Positions 20,428 to 29,413 of a DNA stretch of 64,000 nucleotides are shown piece after piece. The notes beneath the pieces were generated by a model. The model saw nothing but the letters and a program-made list of their open reading frames with translations. It was not told where the DNA came from and made no database searches. Both the position numbers and the translations under genes were made by a program. The DNA lies in the NCBI GenBank assembly GCA_963806225.1, contig CAWDXG010000004.1, positions 4,352,001 to 4,416,000 on the forward strand. The letters run 5' to 3'. The stretch's first letter is position 1; every line of letters starts with the position of its first letter. The stretch comes from an uncultured delta proteobacterium. Its GTDB lineage: Bacteria > Myxococcota_A > Polyangia > Polyangiales > Polyangiaceae.

Positions 20428-21036
20428 CTACTCGGGGATCCGGATCTCCCCGAGCGCCAGCTTGCCGTTCGGCAGCTTGTCGTACTCGAGCGTCATGCCG
20501 TCGTAGTGGGCGACTTCGACGGTGTGGTTCGGCCCGCTGCCGTCGCGCTTCTCGACCTTCGTGGGAGGGCCGAGCACCCGCTGCACCGCCCACGGCAGCA
20601 TGCCGGCCTTGATGTCGGGGGGGATGGCGCCGTGGAAGATGCCGTAGTGGAGCTCGTTCCCGCTCTGGTCCTTGCCCGCCGGGCGTCCCGGGCGCTCCAC
20701 GCGGATCGTCTTGACCTCGCCGTTCTCCAGGTCGAACTCGACCGCGCGATCGATGTAGCGGCACATCTTGTCGGTCTTGACGTCGCACTTCTTCTGCATC
20801 TGCCGCTCGATGGTGGCGACGGTCGCTCCGATGCGGATCGGTCCCACGCCCTTGCCGGCGAGGATGGCGAGCACGGGGCCGCTCGGGACCGGCGGATGCC
20901 ATTCCGCCGGGGCGGCGCGCGCTGCACCTGCCGAGGAGGCAGAGGCGGATGCACGGGCGGCGGGGCCGGTTCTGTTGTGCTTCTTGCAGGCCGGCGCGAG
21001 CGCAACAAGCGCGGTGAGGAGGATGGCACCGCGCAT
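20428..21036 (-). CDS. Hypothetical lipoprotein
   Basis: MRGAILLTALVALAPAC signal; ILAGKGVGPIRIGATVATIER domain. Confidence 0.7.
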   Translation of the reverse strand: MRGAILLTALVALAPACKKHNRTGPAARASASASSAGAARAAPAEWHPPVPSGPVLAILAGKGVGPIRIGATVATIERQMQKKCDVKTDKMCRYIDRAVEFDLENGEVKTIRVERPGRPAGKDQSGNELHYGIFHGAIPPDIKAGMLPWAVQRVLGPPTKVEKRDGSGPNHTVEVAHYDGMTLEYDKLPNGKLALGEIRIPE

Positions 21037-21183
21037 CGAGGATCGTCGCTGGGGGCTTCTCATCTCGCTCGCCTGGTGTAGATAGCGGATGGCCTCCGGG
21101 CAACCCATTTCCGACCGCCAAGGGCACCCCGCAGCCCGTGGAGCGCAGGAAATGGCGGTTGCCGCAGCTGTCCAATCCGCTCT

Positions 21184-22116
21184 ATGCCTGAGCCTGCTCC
21201 GATGAACGCCTTGGACCAGCGCCGATTCCTGTTCATCACCGGCAAGGGAGGAGTCGGCAAGACGACCGTGACCGCGGCCCTCGCCCTGGCCATGGCGAAG
21301 CGCGGAAAGCGCGTGCTGATCACGGCGACCGACGCCAAGGAACGCATCTCGTCGTTGTTCGAGGTCGAGCCGCTGGGGCCCGACATTTCCGAGATTGCGA
21401 CCAACGTGTTCGGCGTGCGCATCACGCCCGAGCGCGCGCTGCGCGAGTACGGCGAGATGATCCTCAAGAGCCGCGTGGTCTACGACGCGGTGTTCGACAA
21501 CAAGTACGTGCGCAGCTTCTTCGCTGCCGTTCCGGGCCTGTACGAATGGGCGGTGCTCGGCAAGGCCTGGTATCACTCCACCGAGGAGCTGCCGGACGGG
21601 TCGCCGCGCTTCGACGTGGTGTTGTTCGACGCGCCGGCCACCGGGCACGGGCTGGACATGCTGCGCGTGCCCAAGGTGATCGTGGACATCGTCCCGCCGG
21701 GCATCCTGCGTCGCGACGCCGAGCGCGCCTGGAAGATGTTCCGGAATCCGGCGGAGAGCGGTGTCGTGGTGGTGACGCTCCCGGAGGACATGCCGACGAA
21801 CGAGACGCTGGAGCTCGTCACCACGCTCAAGGCCGAGCTCGGCTTGCCGCTGGCCCGGCTCGTGATCAACGCGGTGCTCGAACCCCTGTTCTCGGAGCCC
21901 GAACGCAAGGCGCTGCTTTCGCCCCGCGATCTCGACCGGAGCGCCGCGGGCGACGAGGCGGTGGCCTGCGGCGTCCGGCGTTCGATCCGCGAGCGCGTCC
22001 AGGCCGACGCCCTGGAGCGGCTGGCCGCGGTCGATGCGCCGGCGGTGCGCCTGCCGCTGCTGCTCGAAGAGGCCTCCACGCTGGAAGCCATCACCGAGTT
22101 GGCGGGCCACTTCTAG
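21184..22116 (+). CDS. ArsA/GET3-family ATPase (single domain)
   Basis: GKGGVGKT deviant Walker A, AVPGLYE, DAPATGH, PEDMPTNET. Confidence 0.88.
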   Translation: MPEPAPMNALDQRRFLFITGKGGVGKTTVTAALALAMAKRGKRVLITATDAKERISSLFEVEPLGPDISEIATNVFGVRITPERALREYGEMILKSRVVYDAVFDNKYVRSFFAAVPGLYEWAVLGKAWYHSTEELPDGSPRFDVVLFDAPATGHGLDMLRVPKVIVDIVPPGILRRDAERAWKMFRNPAESGVVVVTLPEDMPTNETLELVTTLKAELGLPLARLVINAVLEPLFSEPERKALLSPRDLDRSAAGDEAVACGVRRSIRERVQADALERLAAVDAPAVRLPLLLEEASTLEAITELAGHF

Positions 22117-22250
22117 CGGCTGATGGCGGAGATCGTCCCCCTGGTCACACGTCGGGCGGCCGGATCAGGCCGGCCGCGGGTTCTGCGGCGGGACGCCGGG
22201 ACGGGGTCGACCCGCTGACCCCGGGGGGCTATGGTGGGCCCCGACGGGAC

Positions 22251-23870
22251 ATGGGAGACGAACCCTCGCAGCCCGGTCGAGTCCTGGCCGGCCGGTACCG
22301 GCTGGAAGTACGACTTGGAGAGGGGGGCATGGGCGCGATCTGGCGCGCCGAGCACCTGGTGCTGTGCGCCCCCGTCGCGATCAAGCTGATCGACCCCGAG
22401 ATCGCCGGCCACGAGGAAACGCTCGCGCGCTTCATGCGCGAAGCGCAGTCGGCTGCCTCGCTCCGCAGCCCGCACGTGGTGCAGATCCTCGACTACGGCG
22501 TCGACGACAAGACGCCGTTCATGGTGATGGAGCTGCTCGAGGGCGAGACGCTTGCCGAGCGGCTCAAGCGCACCGGGCGGCTCACGCCCGCGGAAACGGC
22601 CCGCTTCATCACGCACGTCGCCCGCGCCATCAATCGCGCCCACGACGCCGGCATCACGCACCGCGACCTCAAGCCCGAGAACGTATTCATCGTCCACAAC
22701 GAGGACGCGGAGATCGCCAAGGTGCTCGACTTCGGCGTGGCGAAGGTCGAAAAGGCCACGCTCGGGCCCAAAGGCGAGCGCACCCGCACCGGCTCGCTGC
22801 TCGGCACGCCGTACTACATGAGCCCCGAGCAGGCGCAGGGCAACAAGGACGTCGATTTCCGCAGTGACCTGTGGGCGCTCGGGGTGATCGCGTTCGAGTG
22901 CCTGACGGGCCAGCGTCCTTTCGAGAGCGAGGGGCTCGGCGATCTGGTCCTGCAGATCTGCGTGCGTGACATGCCGGTGCCGAGCGAGCTAGCACCGCTG
23001 CCCCCGGAGTTCGACGCCTGGTTCATGCACGCCTGCGCGCGCGATCCGGAGGAACGGTTCCAGTCGGCGCGCGAAATGGCCGAAGCGCTGCGCGAGGCGC
23101 TCGGCGAGACGCGCGAGACCGTCGTGACGTTGAGCGACGAGGATCGCCCGCCAGCCAGTGGGTCGGCGAAGAAGGTGGCGAAGACGCTCGACGACGAGGG
23201 AGCGGCTGCCGAGCCGTCCTCCCAGGTCGCAACCAAGCGTGACGCCGGAGCGGCGAAGGCCGAGGCGCGCGCCCACGCCGCGACCGTGGCGGCTTCGCCC
23301 TCCTTCCGGCCGTCCGCGCTGGACGCCCAGGCGGCGGAGCGGGACCGCGCGGATGATGCTGACGAGCCCGCGCCGGCCGTCCGCCAGCCCGAGCAACCGG
23401 CATCGCGCGCGGGTGCGATCCTTGCGGTGGCGGGAGGGGCGCTTCTGCTCGGCCTCGTCGGCGGGTTCATCGTGCTGGGGCATCACGCAAACCCGGAAGA
23501 TCGACCGCTTCCGGACGTGGGCGCCGGCGGCGGAGCCGAGTACGCACCGGTTGGCAGCGAGGCCGGCGCCCGGCACCTCGCGCACCTCGGCGCGCTTCAC
23601 GGTGCGGAGGATGGGGGTGCCGGCGACGCGGCGCGCGACGCGCCGAGCGACGCCACGGCGACTGCCACGGAGGCGGGAGTGGACTCGGGGCGCGCCGAGG
23701 CCGGGCCGGCGGACGCCGGCGCCCGGCATGCGGAGGCCGCTGCGCCGACTACGCGAAGCAGCGACGCCGGGCGACGGCGCCGCGAAGCGGGTGCTCCGGT
23801 GAAGAGCCCGGCGCCGACCGCCCCGAAGTCCAGTGCCGCGAAGCCGACGGCCCCGGCAGCGCCGAAATAG
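22251..23870 (+). CDS. Membrane-anchored Hanks-type Ser/Thr protein kinase
   Basis: LGEGGMGAIW, VAIK, HRDLKPEN, DFG, GTPYYMSPEQ, DLWALG; transmembrane helix and low-complexity tail. Confidence 0.95.
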   Translation: MGDEPSQPGRVLAGRYRLEVRLGEGGMGAIWRAEHLVLCAPVAIKLIDPEIAGHEETLARFMREAQSAASLRSPHVVQILDYGVDDKTPFMVMELLEGETLAERLKRTGRLTPAETARFITHVARAINRAHDAGITHRDLKPENVFIVHNEDAEIAKVLDFGVAKVEKATLGPKGERTRTGSLLGTPYYMSPEQAQGNKDVDFRSDLWALGVIAFECLTGQRPFESEGLGDLVLQICVRDMPVPSELAPLPPEFDAWFMHACARDPEERFQSAREMAEALREALGETRETVVTLSDEDRPPASGSAKKVAKTLDDEGAAAEPSSQVATKRDAGAAKAEARAHAATVAASPSFRPSALDAQAAERDRADDADEPAPAVRQPEQPASRAGAILAVAGGALLLGLVGGFIVLGHHANPEDRPLPDVGAGGGAEYAPVGSEAGARHLAHLGALHGAEDGGAGDAARDAPSDATATATEAGVDSGRAEAGPADAGARHAEAAAPTTRSSDAGRRRREAGAPVKSPAPTAPKSSAAKPTAPAAPK

Positions 23871-23873
23871 CAG

Positions 23874-25448
23874 CTATCGTCGTGCGTCGTCCGGCGTTGC
23901 CCCGGATGCTCCAGGCTTCAGCGCCGACATGAGCTCGCGTAGCCCCTCGACGAGCGCCGGCGATGGAGCTTGCGACTCGAGCTCGTAGCCGCCCCGCGCG
24001 CGGCCGTCCTCCTCCGTCAACCACACGGTGGCCTTCTCGCCGAGCGGACTCTGCAGTCCGAGCTCCGCCCGGTGGCCTGCCTCGCTAAGATCGAGCGTTC
24101 GCCATTCGAGATCGCCGAAGGGCGCACGTCGTCGCAGGCGGACCAGGCGCGCGGCGATGCTGCGCGTTGCGCTGCCGACCAGGGCGTCCGCACCGAAGGG
24201 GTGCAGCACGCGCCGCCCCTCGGCGAGACGATTCCACAGCGCGTCGAGTCCACCCAGCACCAGCTCGCGATCGTCGGGCACTTCGATCACACGGAAGCTG
24301 AACAGATCGAAGCTGGCTGCGCCGTCGCCCGGTGCCCCCAGCCCGACGACCAGGCGCCGCTCGCCCGCGTGCAGCGTGACGCTCGCCTCCAGGTCGCTCA
24401 ACACCAGCCCGGTCACGCGATCGAAAGGCGGCGGCGGTGTCCACGCCTCGAGCTCGTCCACCACGGACTGGAAGTGCACGGCGAGCAGATGAAAATCCGG
24501 ATCCGCACGCTTCAACATCGCCGGTGTGATCGGCACCAGCTCGTCGGTGCCGTGAAGCTCGCGGTATTTCTCGAAGACGCCGCTGCAGCGGCTGTCGAAG
24601 ACGCACTCGCGGCAGCTCTCGGGCTTGAGCTTGTCGCGCCGCTTGACGAAGTACTTGTTCCAGGGCCTGCTCAGCGTCTGCTCGCCGTCGATGGCGATGG
24701 TGTCGGTCTGCTCGCCGTCGTGGTGGATCCAGCGCGCCAGGTGCGGAGCGATGCAGTACGGCAGGTTGCCGATGTTGACGTCGAAATCGTCAGGGAACCC
24801 ATCGATCATGCGCGTCAGCGGACCGACCATGTCCGGGTAGCGTGGGATCATTTCCCGGAACTCCTCGTCGGTGCGCGACCCCGCGTCCATCGGCCGCACC
24901 ATGTCCAGGTGCAGCTGCGTCGCGCCGTAGCGCGTGACCAGCTCCGGGAACTCGTCGACCGACTCGAAGTTCGACCGGACCACGCACATGTTGATCGTGA
25001 TGCGCTGGCCCTTTGCGCGAAGGTGCTCGAGCGACTGCAGGATGCGATCGAACGAGCCGGGCTTCTTCGTGGTGCGCTCGTGCGCTGTCTTGTTGGCGCC
25101 CTGGATCGAGATGCGCCAGGTGAAGTTGCCGCCCAGGCCGATGACCTCGTCGATGAAGCCCTCGCGAGCGGTCTTCACGCCGTTGGTGAACAGCACGATC
25201 TCCTCGAACCCGAGGGAAACCGCGTGCTGCACGACCTGTTTGAAGCCAGGTTGCAGCGTCGGCTCGCCTCCGAGCAGCGTGAGCTTCCGGTGACCGCGCT
25301 CGTAGGCCTCGCTCACGCTGTCGAGCAGCGGCTCGACCGGCAGCGCCCGGGCGCGCCCGAGGCCGGTCTCCTGCCCGCTGACGCAGAAGACGCAACGGTT
25401 GTTGCACATGTGGCCGAGCTGGATCTCGACCTGCGTCTTCGGCTCCAT
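23874..25448 (-). CDS. Radical SAM protein with Cys-rich C-terminal (twitch/SPASM-like) motif and extra C-terminal domain (HxsC-like)
   Basis: CNNRCVFC, GGEPT, FTNG, NLPYC...CRECVFDSRCSG, followed by about 200 aa of unknown function. Confidence 0.88.
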   Translation of the reverse strand: MEPKTQVEIQLGHMCNNRCVFCVSGQETGLGRARALPVEPLLDSVSEAYERGHRKLTLLGGEPTLQPGFKQVVQHAVSLGFEEIVLFTNGVKTAREGFIDEVIGLGGNFTWRISIQGANKTAHERTTKKPGSFDRILQSLEHLRAKGQRITINMCVVRSNFESVDEFPELVTRYGATQLHLDMVRPMDAGSRTDEEFREMIPRYPDMVGPLTRMIDGFPDDFDVNIGNLPYCIAPHLARWIHHDGEQTDTIAIDGEQTLSRPWNKYFVKRRDKLKPESCRECVFDSRCSGVFEKYRELHGTDELVPITPAMLKRADPDFHLLAVHFQSVVDELEAWTPPPPFDRVTGLVLSDLEASVTLHAGERRLVVGLGAPGDGAASFDLFSFRVIEVPDDRELVLGGLDALWNRLAEGRRVLHPFGADALVGSATRSIAARLVRLRRRAPFGDLEWRTLDLSEAGHRAELGLQSPLGEKATVWLTEEDGRARGGYELESQAPSPALVEGLRELMSALKPGASGATPDDARR

Positions 25449-25511
25449 CCAGCGGACAGTGTAGCCTCGACGCCTGGCGAGGTCGATCGCAGCAGTTTTA
25501 CTGCCGGATCG

Positions 25512-25910
25512 TCAGCCGCCGCGGCTCGACGCGGGGCCGCTGCCGTTCTCGATCAGGTTTTCGGCGAGCGTGGCGAGGTTGTCGCCGTCCACCATGCGGC
25601 TCGACAGCACCGTGCCCTCCGCGTCGCTCACGAACACCCGGAGCAACAGCTGGTGCACCGAAGTGATGACGATGAAGGGCGTGCGGACACCGACGGCGCG
25701 GCAGCGGGCGAGCACCTGGAGCCCGCTCTGGGTCGGCAGCTGCGCGTTCGTGATCACCAGATCGAAGGGGCCCTCCTGGCGCAGGATTGCTTCGAGGTGC
25801 TCGCCGCTGTCGGTCTCGCTGACCTCGGCGTGCAGGCCGCGGAGGATCGGCTTGATCTGGTTTCTGACGGCAGCGTCGCGATCAGCAAGGAGTATGCGGG
25901 GCGGGGGCAT
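25512..25910 (-). CDS. Single-domain response regulator with a non-canonical phospho-acceptor (pseudo-receiver)
   Basis: RILLADRD...PFDLVITNAQLPTQSGLQVL...TPFIVITS; Asn at the usual Asp position and no KP motif. Confidence 0.75.
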   Translation of the reverse strand: MPPPRILLADRDAAVRNQIKPILRGLHAEVSETDSGEHLEAILRQEGPFDLVITNAQLPTQSGLQVLARCRAVGVRTPFIVITSVHQLLLRVFVSDAEGTVLSSRMVDGDNLATLAENLIENGSGPASSRGG

Positions 25911-26065
25911 GGGCACCGTGGCGCGGCGCGCGCTCTGGGTTGCCCCCCCGACAGTCTTGGCGCGCGGCGTGGACTCCGGAATCCCGCCCATGAAACCGCC
26001 GGCTTCATAGTCCGGCGCAAAGCGGGATCTGTCGCGGAATGCACTCAAGGCTCGGGAGTGCCTAG

Positions 26066-26081
26066 AGCACGCCACATGCCA
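26066..26081 (-). promoter_or_regulatory. Putative sigma54 (-24/-12) promoter for the receiver gene
   Basis: Minus strand TGGCATGTGGCGTGCT with GG and GC at the exact sigma54 spacing, in an intergenic region. Confidence 0.5.
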
Positions 26082-26260
26082 ACCGTTTCGTGACGTAACC
26101 TTCCGATATCCCGCCGCGTATCCGCGAACCTGCGGACCGCCGTGCAGATCTGGAAGTTCAGTTGTGAAACACGCCGCGATCGCAGCGTCCCTCGCGCCGG
26201 CCTGGCCTGGGGTGGGCCTGGTGGAATTTTCTACTGCAAACGGAAGCCGGTCGGGGCCCG

Positions 26261-27859
26261 TTAGCCCGGCACGATCGCCGACCAGTCCGGCGGCTCCGGC
26301 GGCTTCGTGTCTTCCATGTCGATCTGCGCCTTCTGGAGCTTGCCGGCCAGATCCACGTTCACGCACTGCCAGTGGGTGTAGGCCTCGATGACCCAGATGC
26401 CGCTCTCACGCGTGCCGTTGCCGCTCCAGCCGTTGCCGCCGAAGGGCAGATGCGCCTCGGCTCCGGTGGTGGAGTTGTTGATGCTGGTCATGCCCGCGGA
26501 GATCTCTTCCTTGAAGCGCAGCATGGCCTTGGCGTCGCGCGTGTAGATGGCGCTGGAGAGCCCGTAGGGCGTGCCGTTGGCCGCGGCCATCGCCTCGTCC
26601 AGGCCGTCGACCTCGACCAGGTTCACGGTCGGACCGAAGCACTCCTCCTGGGCGATGCGCATGTCCATCTTCACATGGTCGAAGATGCGCGGCGTGGCGT
26701 ACAGCCCGCGCGTCGCATCACCGCTGAAGTTCTTCGGCTCTTCTCCGGCGACGATGCGCTTGCCGTCGAGCAGGAGCTCGGCTCCGTCGTCGAGGCCGAC
26801 GGCACGCTGGGCGATCCACGCCTCGAGGAAGCGCGGGTTGATGAACGGTCCGTAGTCCACTTTCTCGTCGAGCGGGTCGCCGATCTTCAGCGCGCGTGCA
26901 CGCTGCACCAGCTGTTCGCGCACCGTGGGCATGACGCGCTTGTCGACGATGATGTTGCCGCAGCTGGTGCAGCGCTGGCCCGCCGTGCCGAACGACGCCC
27001 ACAGCGCACCTTCCACCGCGAGCTCGAGGTCGGCGTCGGCCAGGATCACCAGCGGGTTCTTCCCGCCCAGCTCGAGTGACGGGATCTGCAGGTTCCTGCC
27101 GCAGACCTCGCCGATGTGCCGGCCGACCGTGGTCGAGCCGGTGAAGGAGATCTTGTCGAGCAGGCCGGCGTCGACCTGATCGACCATGAATTGTCCGGCG
27201 CTGTCCTTGCCGCGACCGTGCACGATGCTGAGCACGCCTTCGGGCAATCCCGCGCGGCGCCACAGATCCGCAAACAGCGCTGCCACGCCGGGCGCGTCGT
27301 CGCTCGGCTTCCACACCATCGCATTGCCGCAGAGCAGGCCGGGGATGATCTTCCACGAGGGAACTGCGACGGGGAAGTTGCCCGCCGTGATGACCCCGAC
27401 CACGCCGATCGGCCGGCGGTAGGTGAACAGCTCCTTGTCGGGAAGCTCGCTCGGTACGGTCTGCCCGTACAGGCGGCGGCCTTCGCTCTGGAAGAACTCG
27501 GCGGTGTCGATAGCTTCCTGCACGCTGCCCCGGGCCTCGCGGATGGGCTTGCCCATTTCGCGCGAGACGAAGCGCGACAGCTTTTCCTTGTCCTGGATCA
27601 GGAGCTGCGCCAGGCGGCCGAGCACCTGCGCGCGCTGCGGCGCGGGGACGCGCGCCCAACGCTTCTGTGCGGCGCGCGCTTTCTGGCACGCTTCCTTCAC
27701 CTCGTCGCGCGTACTGAGCGGCGCGACGGTCACGACGTCCTCGCGGTTTTCGGGGCTCTGTCGCTGGAACGTCTCTTTCGAGCTGCGCGGCTCGCCGCCG
27801 ATCCAGTTGTCGACGACCAGGGTCTTGGGAAGGTTGCCTGCCTGCTCTTTGGTCTCCAT
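26261..27859 (-). CDS. Aldehyde dehydrogenase
   Basis: ITAGNFP, WKPS, FTGST, LELGGKNP, GQRCT, EECFGP, PFGG. Confidence 0.95.
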   Translation of the reverse strand: METKEQAGNLPKTLVVDNWIGGEPRSSKETFQRQSPENREDVVTVAPLSTRDEVKEACQKARAAQKRWARVPAPQRAQVLGRLAQLLIQDKEKLSRFVSREMGKPIREARGSVQEAIDTAEFFQSEGRRLYGQTVPSELPDKELFTYRRPIGVVGVITAGNFPVAVPSWKIIPGLLCGNAMVWKPSDDAPGVAALFADLWRRAGLPEGVLSIVHGRGKDSAGQFMVDQVDAGLLDKISFTGSTTVGRHIGEVCGRNLQIPSLELGGKNPLVILADADLELAVEGALWASFGTAGQRCTSCGNIIVDKRVMPTVREQLVQRARALKIGDPLDEKVDYGPFINPRFLEAWIAQRAVGLDDGAELLLDGKRIVAGEEPKNFSGDATRGLYATPRIFDHVKMDMRIAQEECFGPTVNLVEVDGLDEAMAAANGTPYGLSSAIYTRDAKAMLRFKEEISAGMTSINNSTTGAEAHLPFGGNGWSGNGTRESGIWVIEAYTHWQCVNVDLAGKLQKAQIDMEDTKPPEPPDWSAIVPG

Positions 27860-27926
27860 GCGGCGGAGCCTCCCGCTTTGCCGTGCTGGAGGCAAGGGAT
27901 GGGCTGATCCAGCGCAAACCCGGCGG

Positions 27927-28388
27927 TCAGCGGCCGCCGCAGGGCCACGGACCCGGCGGCGCGTCTGCGCCGTACACCCGCACGCTCACCACGCGCCACG
28001 CCCGCGACTCGTTCTGCAGGAACACGTCCAGGTGCTGGCTCGTCTTGTCCGTCGACAGTGTGCCGGCGAGGCAGGCGTGGTTCGCGTCGTGGCGGTCCGG
28101 CCGCCGGCTGAAGGACACCGAGCGTGCGCGGTGGATGTCGAGGTTGCCGAGCGCGCCCTCGAAGCTCCGACGCGGCACGCTGTGCTGCGTCGCCGTCGAC
28201 AGCATCGCGTAGGCCGCGTCCAGCTTGCCCTGCCGAACCAGCGCCACATACGCGCGCGCGACCTGCCCCACCTCCATCGCGCCGACCGATCCGCGCAGCA
28301 GCTGGAACAGGAATGCGCCGACGGCCAGCGCGAGCGCCAGGTACCACAGGCCGCGAACGACGATCGAGGGCTTGGAGTGGTAAGGCAT
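27927..28388 (-). CDS. Hypothetical membrane-anchored protein
   Basis: N-terminal transmembrane helix followed by ARAYVALVRQGKLDAAYAMLS (NTF2-like start). Confidence 0.6.
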   Translation of the reverse strand: MPYHSKPSIVVRGLWYLALALAVGAFLFQLLRGSVGAMEVGQVARAYVALVRQGKLDAAYAMLSTATQHSVPRRSFEGALGNLDIHRARSVSFSRRPDRHDANHACLAGTLSTDKTSQHLDVFLQNESRAWRVVSVRVYGADAPPGPWPCGGR

Positions 28389-28494
28389 GACGTGGAACTG
28401 GATTCACGCGGTGACTCTCCGCCCACGTGCGCAGGGTGCGCCGCAGAGTAGACCCGCAGCCGCGCGCGCGGCGGTGTCGCGTGGATGCTGATTA

Positions 28495-28508
28495 TTGATC
28501 GTCGTCAA
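28495..28508. promoter_or_regulatory. Possible FNR/CRP-family box upstream of the arsM-like operon
   Basis: TTGAT-CGTC-GTCAA, a 9/10 match to TTGAT-N4-ATCAA, in an AT-richer intergenic patch. Confidence 0.35.
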
Positions 28509-28586
28509 CTGTGCGGCGACTGTGTCCACAAAGCGCTGTTTCTACCGAATCCTTCCGCCGCGCCGGGGCTCGAACGGCCTGGAGAC

Positions 28587-29237
28587 ATGAAGATGGTCGA
28601 CGCGATCGAGCAGAGGTACGGAACGCTGGCGGGCTCGGATTGCTGTCTGTCGTGTGGAACGGCGGCGATCCGTTGCGAGCCGCAGGCGGGGCAGGTGTGC
28701 GTGGATCTCGGCAGCGGGCGGGGCACCGATGTGCTGCGTCTGGCGGAAGCGGTGGGGCCGGACGGGCACGCCTACGGCATCGACGTGACCGATGCCATGC
28801 TCGAGAAATCCAGGAAGACCGCGGAGAAGCTCGGCATCGAGAACGCGACCTTCGTGCGCTCCGGCCTGGAGCAGTTGGAGCTGCCGGACGAGACCGCCGA
28901 TTGGGTCACCTCCAACTGCACGCTCAACCACGCCGGCGACAAGGTCGCCGTGTGGCGCGAGATCGCCCGCGTGCTCAAGCCCGGCGGGCAGTTCATGATC
29001 AGCGACATCTACGCCGTCGGCGAGATCGCCGAGGAGTACAGGAACGATCCGGCAGCCGTCGCCGAGTGCTGGGCTGGCGCGGTGTCGAAGCCGGAGTACC
29101 TGGAGCAGATTGTCGCGGCCGGACTGGTCGACGTGGAAGTCGTCGAGGAAACCGAACCCTACGAGAAGGGCCAGGCGACGGTGGCCAGCTTCACGATCAG
29201 AGGGCGGCGCCCACGTCGCATCCGCTGCTGTAGTTGA
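28587..29237 (+). CDS. arsM: ArsM-like (arsenite methyltransferase family) SAM-dependent methyltransferase
   Basis: RBS GGAG before the ATG at 28587. CCLSCG, DLGSGRG.D, GIDVTDAML, SNCTLNH, RVLKPGG..ISD and ECWAGA align with the ArsM motifs GCG, SNCVINL and CIAGA; C-terminal CCS. Confidence 0.75.
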   Translation: MKMVDAIEQRYGTLAGSDCCLSCGTAAIRCEPQAGQVCVDLGSGRGTDVLRLAEAVGPDGHAYGIDVTDAMLEKSRKTAEKLGIENATFVRSGLEQLELPDETADWVTSNCTLNHAGDKVAVWREIARVLKPGGQFMISDIYAVGEIAEEYRNDPAAVAECWAGAVSKPEYLEQIVAAGLVDVEVVEETEPYEKGQATVASFTIRGRRPRRIRCCS

Positions 29238-29275
29238 GAGCTCGGGGGTTTTTCGCTGAAACGAGGTTGAAGAGG

Positions 29276-29404
29276 ATGAAGTCGCTTATCAAAGACAGTT
29301 GCCGGTGCCAAACGAAGCCGAAGCAGGACAAGCCGGCTAGGGAAAAGACCGTCGCGCAGTGCTGCGCGAAGGTCTCGAAGGTTGTCGCCGGCTGCCACGA
29401 CTGA
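29276..29404 (+). CDS. 42-aa Cys-rich peptide, putative RiPP precursor (not in ORF track)
   Basis: Manual translation: MKSLIKDSCRCQTKPKQDKPAREKTVAQCCAKVSKVVAGCHD*. Purine-rich RBS (GAGGTTGAAGAGG); ends 9 nt before the rSAM/SPASM start codon. Confidence 0.8.
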   Translation: MKSLIKDSCRCQTKPKQDKPAREKTVAQCCAKVSKVVAGCHD

Positions 29405-29413
29405 CGCGAGCCG

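Noticed and set aside
21184..22116. ArsA as part of an arsenic-resistance system linked to the arsM-like gene
   Set aside because: Single-domain GET3-like type without the metalloid-binding Cys set, 6 kb away, and no arsB/acr3/arsD/arsR nearby.
29226..29413. Selenocysteine read-through at the TGA stops of the methyltransferase and the peptide
   Set aside because: No recognisable SECIS hairpin, and TGA is the commonest stop at this GC content.
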